Part shown: piece by piece, positions 42,400-52,700 of the stretch | How the letters are laid out: every line of letters starts with the position of its first letter | How positions within the stretch are numbered: position 1 is the stretch's first letter | The notes under the pieces: model-generated | Seen by the model: only the letters and a program-made list of their open reading frames with translations | Told to the model about the DNA's origin: nothing | Databases searched by the model: none | Source: Blasia pusilla | Taxonomy: Eukaryota | Assembly (NCBI GenBank): GCA_050084515.1 | Contig: CM114271.1 | Span: 2,852,001-2,916,000 of the forward strand | Length of the DNA: 64,000 nt | Reading direction: 5' to 3' | Program-made: the position numbers and the translations under genes

Positions 42400-43930
42400 T
42401 TGGCACCATTGCTTTTGCCGATGCAGCATTGATTCCAAACTCACAAGTTCGTGACAATGTGGTTTAAGCTAAAGATATTCTGGATGTCGTCGATCTCAAA
42501 GGATCTGTTAGAAACATATCAGACCCAAAATTTGCTTACTCTTTCATGCTGCGAGTTTCGGGGAATAGTTTTCTTTCGTCTCTACCCTTGAAAATGTTCA
42601 CGCACATTCTTGTGAATGAGCGCTAGCCAGGTATGATGGAAATTGTATTTTTGAGCTTCCTCCACTTTTTGGTCTTGCTAAGAAGAAAGATGGAGGACGC
42701 TTGAAGGGTATGGATAGAAAATCTGACAATCATCGATGGTGTAGACAAAAATGGACAAGTTCTTCGATCCCGGGTGGTCGTTGGACTCGTTGCCAATACG
42801 TTAGAGCCTTAGAGTGTAGAAGTGATCGATGCCCTTTCCTCGAGTGGAACGGGGTTGTCAATACCTCATAGTTCCCTCCTAAAAATGAAGAAACGCCTTA
42901 CGCAGTCGGTGCGACCATACTGTCGGATTGCCATCGATGTCCTCATTGTCAAGCCTCCCCTTTATGCATTGGAGCGTATCCCGCTTACATGTTTTTCATA
43001 GTGCATGACTACAATTCTACGTTCGATTACACCGGGTTGTGTATTCATGTTTGGTCTCACACTCATCCTGTCACAGGTGCCATTCAAAGACACATCAAGG
43101 AGGATGTGGCCAAGAAAGTGGCGGAGGTATACAAAAACTCACCAAGATCTAAGCTCGGAGTGATCAAACTAACAACGGCAACAAAAATCTGCGATCAACT
43201 ATTCAGAATACTTGGCCAAGGGAAGATGACAGTGGAAGAACAACTATGGGGAAATCTTGCTTTTCTGGTTGATCCTCAATGCTTCACGAACTTGCTGCGG
43301 CAGATAAGAATACTTGATGGAAAGACCGCAGAGATGGATGCCATCGCCAGGATCAAAGCAAACCCCAGGTTTACATTTATCCAGAGACGGCAATTCATGG
43401 GCCAAGGAGGCGAGGAATCCACAACTTATGTTTTCAAAATGTATACTACATGTACGGTCGTCTAGTGGCATGGATCTTATTGACAGAATGAGGGAAGGAG
43501 AAGATCTATTTGGGAGCTCGGTTAGCTTTGATATTTTCTAGAGGGTGTTGAATGGGTGGTTGACCATGGGTGCACATGTTTATGACCATGTGGAGAAGGG
43601 ACTCAAAACCATTTTTGTCTGTGAGGTAAAAGCAGAATATGTTGGCAGCTTGAAGATGTGCTGGTTACTTCTATTGGAGGTGGTGAAGGAAAACAAAAGG
43701 CCACCTCATGAAATTTATGGGTTCATGGCGGACAATGCACAACCAAGATGGATTGCTATGAGGGAAGTGTTCTAGGATGGACAAGTTCAACCAGAAAGAC
43801 AGAGATTATATGCTTTCCATTGGCAACAGTCCGTGATTCGATATACGAAATCTTGCATTAAGGAGAATAAGAGAACGAAACACGTAGTTCTCCTAGAACG
43901 GTGCAAGGATAGCAAAAGATAGCAACCACA
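42400..43930 (+). pseudogene. MULE-like DDE transposase copy 2 (3' truncated)
   Basis: FELPPLFG..CPHCQ..H..HTHPV; VSFD..GWLTMGAHVYD; GFMADNAQ..W.AMREVF; AFHWQQSV; inverted homolog of 33100-34890. Confidence 0.78.
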
Positions 43931-44615
43931 ATTTGATTTTGATGTGCAAAGAATAGCAAAAGAATAGATATGAAGAACATGGGAATGGGGGAGATCCCAT
44001 TGGGAAGGTTGTCTAGCAAATTGTGGGGCAATAATATGACCACTCAATGCTATGAAGGGGACAACTAAGTCTAGCCCTAAAATGTATCCTTGGTCAAAGG
44101 AGAGGAGATAGGGTCAAATCTACCCAACAATGAGGACACCAACGAATTAGAGGAGCGAAGATATAATCGCTCTCGCCAAATAATAAGAAGCCAAAGGATA
44201 TGATAATGACTATGGCATGCTATCCCTCCGGCGAGACATCCGCTCGGGCCAATTACGTGCATCCATTCCATGGCTTTCCATACACAAGGCGCCTACTGCC
44301 CGGTGCCCGACAGCACCCTTCTGACCAATCTGAGCTCTCCAGTGAGCTGCCCGCACCAACCATCATCGGCCATATCCACTCCTCCACACCCACTGCCCGC
44401 TGCCCGATTCACTGCTCCCTCCAATGGAAATCCCCGCCTCAGCTGCCCGTTGTCCTTACTTGTTTGTTTCCGCCATAGCCACAGCCGATCGTTGCCCCGT
44501 GACTACGTTCAAAACCGATAGCCTTTCCTCGAAGGAGTTCGCGTTGAAGTGGGAAGTTGAATATCAGTACGCAGGCAATGCGGAAGTGAAATTTCGTCGT
44601 AGAAAGCATATCGGG

Positions 44616-45420
44616 ATGGCAGCGATTTCTGCGAGTTTCGTTGGAGTGGTGGCAGCGGCGGCTCCAGTTCAGGGGTCTTTGAACAAGGTAGGCCTCGGCA
44701 GGGTCCAATGTAGGCCGATGGCTGGCAATCGCTTCCCCAGTTTTGTGGTCAGGGCTTCAGAAACGGTCAAGCCCGCCGCACCGGCCGAGCAGAAAATTGC
44801 TGCACGGAACCGATCGGCCCCAAGCGTGGTGCGACTGTGAGTGATTTTGTTCTCTCCGCCATGAGCCATCTCGCGAATGTTATTATGTTGTGGAAGTGGA
44901 GAAAAAATGTCAGAGATAGGAAGTGAATATGTGGTGCTCTTACCTACAGCCGACGACTGGATGTGAGGAGTAGATGCGCATGCTTCTTTGGACGAGAGAA
45001 GGCCGATTTCAGACTCGTCCTAATTATGTCCATAATGAACCGAACGATCTATGTGAGTTTATTCGTGGATTGTCACTGTGTTACTTATATGCCGTTCTAT
45101 TATTTGCTGTTGTACTTCTGCCGCTCTGTCGCAGGTCAAGATTCTGCGCCGAGAGTCCTACTGGTTTAATGAAAACGGAAAGGTTGTAGCCGTCGACCAG
45201 GTAAGTTTTCCTTCTGTATTCTGCCCCCTCATATGGAATATTAGCGCTCCTTGTCTCCCCGACCTGTTGTTTTGGTCAAATCTGATTTCTCATACGCTGT
45301 TGTGACGTCGACGTTCAGACCCCAGGAGTCAGATATCCCGTGGTCGTGCGGTTCTCCAAGGTCAACTATGCTGGAATTTCCACGAACAATTACGCAATTG
45401 ACGAACTTGAGGACGTGTAG
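44616..45420 (+). pseudogene. psaE: Second psaE copy with a 1-nt deletion in exon 1 (exons 44616-44836, 45135-45200, 45319-45420)
   Basis: GCTGCACGGAAC versus GCTGCACCGGAAC in copy 1; exon 1 is 221 nt, giving a premature TAG in exon 2; splice sites intact. Confidence 0.85.
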
Positions 45421-48356
45421 TTCGAGTTCTAGCAGAGGGGACCAGAGGTGATGTTGGTTCGGTCCTTGAGCCGCGTACCATGTACAGCTGTGAGATGGAG
45501 CATATATTCTTAAAGAGTTGTCCCAAGTAAGGAGGAGAATGCTTTGCCGTTGTGTAAGACCTTATTTGTGGAGATACATTTTGACGTGAATTTGACATGA
45601 GTGACTGAAGCAACTCCATTCGCCTGTTCTGGCCACAACAGTGTTGTGGAACTTTGTAAATTTAAGCGCTTTCGTGCGCTACGTAGCAATTTGTATTCGA
45701 CGAAAGTACTACTACGCAGTCTCCGCACACGATATCGACACGGTCTTGAATGGAGCGTGCATATATCACCTACTCTCTACCATGCGTAATGTTCAGATGG
45801 CCGAATGTAAGTTGAATATTCAGGATGTCAACGAGACGCTGACTCTAGATCACAGTTTTGTAAATTCAAAGGAACCGTCTTCCAACCTTTTGCTTGGCTA
45901 CCCGCCTTGGCGCGGCGATCTGTTGGATTCGTATTTGAATGTGTCAATCAACACTCTACAGGGACGTTTAGAGACGAAAAAATGTTTTGCCACCCACAGC
46001 CTGAAAGTCTTCGAATAAGGCATGGATGAATCACAATCCTAAGTCAGCAGTACGCTAGTGACTTGGAAAACTACACCTAGAACCGGAATTTCTCATAGTG
46101 AAGAAGCAGCATAAATTCTCAACTTATTCGAGGACAGTTCCATAGTCAACCGAGGTGAAGCACCGTTCATATCAACTGTGGGAAATGGACATCGCTATTG
46201 GATTCTAACCCATTGTCCAAAATGTTGTGAAACTTGTCTGGAGTCTGCGTTCGGAGACGAATTCATTGTCACAGGATTATTGCTCTACATGAAATCGCTG
46301 CACGAGAGCAATACTAACAAAAATTAACTTTGACTTACATTCTACCATAGCGTCCAGCTTGGCGACGCTGTTAGGATAAGGAATCATATCTCATCTAGAT
46401 TGAGGCACCATTATCGGCGATCCGATCACTGATTTTCTCGAAAGAGGATATTCTCTATTCCGATAGGAGCTAAAGATTTGGCGCGTAGAGGATGAGGCAA
46501 AGGTTGGCGACTGTTTCCCGAAAGTAGGTACACTCCCCTTGTAGCCGGCAGTAGTCATTTTGGTTTCGAAGGTGGTTCACGGGCAGTTTCTCTTCCTTAA
46601 AAAACAAGAAAAAAATAACTATTTTGAGGAGTTTGAAAACCAAACAGGAATTTCGGATCTCTTCAAACTTCTGGGCAGGGGATGAAGTTTGTATCGGTCC
46701 ATATTATCCAAAACGAATCCAAATGGGGCATTTCTACGGTATCCAAAGGTCCAACGTGGAAGATATAGTTTGAGATAGTTATCTCTAGTTCTCATATAGC
46801 CATGGGAAGAACTCTTTCCCCAAAAATAATCTCTCGAGTAACTTTTGACTCGGTTAACAAAGACCAAAATAGGAAATTTGTCAGAAACGATGTTTCTAAT
46901 GCAATGAATCTATCATCGATCTGATCCGAGACCTTGGGACAAAGTTATATCCAAGTAGTCTTTTGATCTTCTATGTGGTCGACGCGGTAGAACTCTACCT
47001 CTCGACTAACTACGATGTTACATATACCATAATACTTTTTTGGATATTTCTTTTCTCATAGAAGTGAAGTCCTTCTTGAAAAGAGAAGTCCTTTGGAGCT
47101 TTGGAAAATAATAAGTTCATGTTTGTTAAGATACGAGTGAAGTTTGTGTATATGGATGTTTGTTTCTATAAGATTGGACCTCTTCTAGCGTGTTTAGGGT
47201 TTAGGGTTAGGATATATACACATCGAGAAAAACACCATTGCATCGTAGAGTTCAACCTCAACTCCCCCTCACTAACCAGCAAAGAGATTCAAACCTTGAA
47301 TTTTGCAGTGGAAGTCTTGGGTCAAGTCTCAAAGACCAAGCTAGCTGCGAGTTCCATAGGCCAGTTCAATAGATGTAAAATGTTGAATAGGTTCAAGTCC
47401 CCTAAAGTATGTTTTTTCTTCTCAAGAAGCCTCTTCCCCAAGCCTTCACCAATCTCCCCAAGTAGTTCATCTAAAAAATGTTCGACCATTAATTTCTCAA
47501 AATGTGTTGAGAATGATGTCACAACTTCGTTAGCCGACAAGTAGACTTCTACCCCGTCGACGACATAGAGAATCAATGGGAGTTTTTGGTGTAATTTTGT
47601 CTTGAGATATCAAACAAAGTTGACGACTAGATTGTTGCATAGGGAACATTTTTAATGGCGATTCCTCTTCTTTGCTATTTCTGGCCAAATGATAAAGAGA
47701 GAATGAGGTCTCAAGCTCCCTCTCCTTGAGGTATACCTCCTTCCTTCTCCCAAGCTCTCTCCCCATTAACCTATGCTCGCAGGTCACCTCCTTGGCTCTT
47801 GACCTGTTGTAGCGGGTCAAGGGCCACTTCCCAAAGTAGAAAGTCAACTCTACCAAACATGGAAACTTACCAAAATAATAAGTTTCTCTATATGGCTCCA
47901 AATGAGCCGAAACGAAGGGCGAACCTGCTCTCTCACGTTCCCTGATACCTCAACAGGTAACCTCGACCTCCTAAGCCTGTCCTCCTCTACTCGCAAAGGC
48001 GCTCTATCTTATCTCTCCAATCTATCCTAAAAAGTCGTGACAACTATCGTGCGCATACACATTGCTACACAATATATATAGATGTTCGACAAACATACAC
48101 ACAAACACACACGATCCCATGCTAACTCATGGCATTCAAACAACGAGACAAGAAGTACCAAAATATCTCCAATCGCCTTCCTAGCTCGTGGTTAGGTCCC
48201 TCTAACTGCAGATAGTCATCTATCTCTACCTACCATGACATACATCTCTTGGACGCTAAGAGAAAAAAGATCGGGTGCTCATATGGCCTCATCGTTACTC
48301 ACCTTCTTGTCATCCATGTCACACACACAAGTCAGAATCTAGAACTACCTACCCTA

Positions 48357-48500
48357 TGTACATTTGGGACACATCCATCGTCCCTTAGGAACCCTAGTGA
48401 GAGGTGGCGTCAGACATGCCATATACCATCCTCTCGAACATCCATCACAAACTAGCATAGTGGGTGCACCACGGGCGGAACCACACAACATACACCGCAA
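48357..48500 (-). pseudogene. PHD finger at the integrase C-terminus, copy 2
   Basis: CMLCGSARGAPTMLVCDGCSRGWYMACLTPPLTRVPKGRWMCPKC. Confidence 0.9.
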
Positions 48501-51500
48501 GCCTGCAGGAACTACTGCTAAGCTCAGATCAACTGTACGGTCAATGTTCGGAAGATGACGTGGCGCACAGTTACGCATATAGTCCTTCCAAACCATACCA
48601 TCACGTCCCTCCAATAAGAGAACCAGGATGACAAAATCTCACGCACCCTCAAGATAGTGCGCCTTGCAGTCACGTTGTGGGTGCCGTCTACTGCAAGTAG
48701 ACAAAGTCTCCCTGATGAATATTCTGGATAATAGGTCGATAACCACCTCCCCGAATAGTCGCATACCTCAACGTATCTTGATGTTGCGCAATCGCCAAGT
48801 TCTCAAAAGCCATGGGCATCACACTCCAAAACAACTCAACCCTTTGAGAACATGCTCGCATCCATACATCAGGGTCATGAAGGTTCAACACCTCACCAAC
48901 ATCTCGACCAATGGCCGCAGGTCATTCCGACTCTCGGCCATAAAGAAGCAAATACGGTGAGAAAGATGCTAAGGATGTCTGCATGTTGAATCTGCATCCC
49001 ATCGCCAACCACAGCAACTAGAGGTCCCAATCTCCTAGGTGACCTCTCTGCAAGCCATAATTGCGGAATCCTCTCTTCATCGTCTCCACAACCCTCTCTG
49101 CTAGTCCATCCGCCACAGGATGATCTCGCGAAGTGGTGCGGTGGTCGATCAGCGCCTGATCACGCAAGGCCTGAAACTCCCCACGAAACTCCGTACCCTA
49201 GTTTGTCAACACCTCAATTGGTGCGCACTAATGACTTAGCACTCGATCTAGGAAGGCATTCGCTACTCCCTTACTTTCTTTGTCAGGCAATGCAACCAAC
49301 TCTATCTATTTCGAGAAGTGCTCAACCATCACCAACACATAACGACTATGGCACTCCGTCAAAGGCAAAGGTCCTACAAAATCCAAACTCCATCTATAAC
49401 CTAAACCCATGATCGAAAGTGGATGCAACTATGGATTTGGAGCATTGAACAATGCTCGGACTCGATCACACACCATGCACCTGGCAACAAACTGCCGAAT
49501 GTCAATCTGCATGCGTCGCCACCAATACTGTATCTAGAGCATGTTGTACGTCCGCTTCACTCCAAAATGACCCAACTCCTCGTGGGCATGAGGCACCAAA
49601 CGTGCTCTCTGCAAAGGATGAGGCACTACATGTACTCTACCATCCTCCCACACTCGCAACACATGTGTCCTCTCCCACCGAAACCGTCTGGCTCACTGTA
49701 GGATCCAATTCCGCTCTCTAGCACCCATTGTGCTCGCGACGCTACCAATACGCAAGTACTCCAAGACCACTCCATTGTCTTGGCCACATGTCGTCTCCTC
49801 ACGGACCTCTGGATCTAAGGACTCTCCATCAGACCTCGCCATCGAAGTCTCAGCTTTCTAGCTCTCCATAGCCTACAAGCCCAAATAGGCTGACGTGTGC
49901 CATCCTGGCGCCAACTTCTCATCACTCTCACCATGCCAACGAGCTCCACTCGCATCTCGCTGACTCGAACATGGGTTATGGCTGAAACTATTGGCATCCT
50001 CGTTGAGCGTCCCAGTCTATGCACCACTTGGAAGTCATACTCTTGCAACAAAAGAGCCCACCTCGCAAGCTTTCTGTAAGCTTGTCAGAATCCATCAACC
50101 ACTTAAGTGGTTGATGATTAGTAATGATGGTAAAGGGGTTTCGGAATAGATAACATCTAAAATGTGCGATAGCCCACACCGTAGCCAAGCACTCACCCTC
50201 ATACACGCTATATTTTTCCTCTACAGCGTTGTTCAATCGACTAGCGTAAGCCACCACGAATTCCCTATCATCATTGTCATGCTAGGTGTGCATTGCTCCA
50301 AGCCCCAACATGCTCCAATTGCTATGCAATTGGAAAGGGCGCCCCTTGATCGGTCTCCTCAATATAGGCGCGGACATCAATCTGTCCTTGAGCAGCTGAA
50401 ATGCTCTCTCTTGCTCATCCCCTCAATGCCACTCCTGATCCATCTTGGTCAACAAGGTTAGCGGCTTCGCAATGAAACTAGAATCCTTGACGTATCGTCG
50501 ATAGAAGTTTTCCAATCCCATGAATGCACAAACTCCACTTACACCTGTAGGGCGTGAAATAGCCTCTACCTTTATCTGCTGCATACCAAGGACCCCTGGA
50601 TATATAGTATGACCCAAGTATTCAACTTGGTCGTAGAAGAACTTGCACTTGCTTGGATGTAGCTTCAGCCCATGTAACTACAATCGTCAAAACACCTCCT
50701 CTAGATGTCGCTCATGCTCCTCAACCGTGGCGCTAAAGACAGCGATGTCATCAATATAACACCTAGCAAACTCCAAACTTGCCAAGATCCTATCCATTAC
50801 CCTCTGAAACTCAGCCGGGGCATTCTTTAACCCGAATGGTAAGAACCACCACTAGTACAAACAATCCTTCCGGTGAGGATCGATGCCCCAAAATGCCGTC
50901 TTCTGCCTGTCCTCCAATCTGATAGGCAGCTGATGGTATCCGGCTCGTAAATCCAATGAATTGAAGACCTTTGCATGCCCAATCGCATCAAAGATCTCCT
51001 CAGGGGTGGGCATGGCATACCTATTGGACTTTGTCTGCCGATTGATAGGTCCATAATCTCCACACATCCGCCTATCCGTCCAATTTCCATGCACATCCTT
51101 CTTGGCGGGCATGATAGTGGCAGATGCATCCTCTCCATCCGACATCTCCACTAGTCCTGGTCCAACCAAGTCATGCTCCTACTATGAATCAAAGCCCTCT
51201 CCATGTTAGTGTACCTGTAGGGTCGTCAAAAGATCGGTGTGTCACTTGAAAACTCAATGCGGATCCCTGGACCCTTTAGCGTACCCAAATCCTACATGCT
51301 AAATGCAAAACAACTCCTATAACTCCTCAGGAACGGATGTATCCAGCGCCCCTCTCCTCCTATCAACTTAGGGCCCATGTCTAGCTCCCAAGTCTCCATT
51401 GTGACTATGGTAGGACTCTCTGGCGTGGGTGCAGGTGGTTGTTATGGTGCAACCCTGTCTCAGACAACACAACTCGACTGCTCTCTCCTGCAACCAACGT

Positions 51501-51719
51501 ACTGCAAAATTTGTCTCCATGTGTAGTACCCGCAAAGACGCTCAATGTTGTGGCTACCATCTCCTGGAGTACCTGCAAAACATCCCAAGAATTCCAAGGG
51601 TTTCTCTCCCGATCACCCCTAGTGTGTTGATCTCCTCGGGTCTCGCCCCCAGCCACTACCTCAACGGTCTCGGTAAGCATGGGGCTCACCAATACAATAG
51701 TTGTGATGTGTCGTATCCT

Positions 51720-52700
51720 CAAACGACGCTGCTCAGCTACTCCTAAGCTGAAAATCCATATCAAGCAGTTCACGTCCATCACCTGACCCAAGATATGACG
51801 TCGTGGTGCCTCTAATAGCAACAATTGTGCTGTCACTCCTGTGGGGAAATCCCATCGCTCGCTCTCGCTCATTGACATAGGGCCCCACCAACCTCTGTAC
51901 CTGGTCATCCCAAACAAGCCAGGTCCGGCCTCCTTGAATGCATATGAAGCGGGAAAACTCACAAATATAGGAAAGGCTGCCCGTGGCATGCCAATCTTGT
52001 TGACCACAATCAACGGCAGTCGATCATTGTGCCTCAGTGCCTATGATTGACGGCCCGGATCCAATATGGAATCCACCAACAACTAGGAGGGGCGCTCCAC
52101 TCGCGTATATGCCCTCCGCAACACCTCGTGTAGGACCAAGTTGGTCCACCAAAGACATGGGCGGTGTGCTCTAGAACCTACACTCACCTTATCTAACAAT
52201 ATTGTTGGGCCAATCCATGCGTGCACATGATGTGCACTCATCACCACGCGAGACCTCGAATTGCCCAAAATTGGCACATTCTCCAGAATGTATGCTAGAG
52301 AACGAGATTGATGCTCCTGCAAGTGTCGGAAAATCCGCATCATCTCCCAAAAAAACTTGGACAGCTTGTCAACTAACCTACTACCTTGTACAACACTCGA
52401 TTGGCCCTAACACGACCAACTAGCAATGACCAGATCTATGGCCCCTACCCGCTCCAAGTCCTACGCCCCCAACAATGAAATGTCCCCCGCTAGAGAGCTC
52501 TGGTATCCTTGGACAGTGGACTGAGACAACTAGTTGGGAAAAAGGAGGCGTAACAGCGCCACATGGTAAAGTGAAGCGCGCCTCACAACATCATCAATCT
52601 CCGCATACAAGTACTCCTCTATGCGTACTCCTGCCTGCAAAAAAACAGCTAACCTAGTGCTAATCCCTCCAAAGAGATCCAACACCCAAATACCCTCCTC
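51720..52700 (-). pseudogene. C5 DNA methyltransferase domain, copy 2
   Basis: VLDLFGGIS..YLYAEID; IDLVIASWSC*GQS; YILENVPILG; GSRAHRPCLWWTNL; FPTGVTA; RRHILGQVMDVNCL. Confidence 0.88.

Noticed and set aside
46620-47600. Possible decayed host gene (weak F-box-like LLNWPMELAASLVFET*P) on the minus strand
   Set aside because: Similarity is too weak and the frames too broken to call without a profile search.
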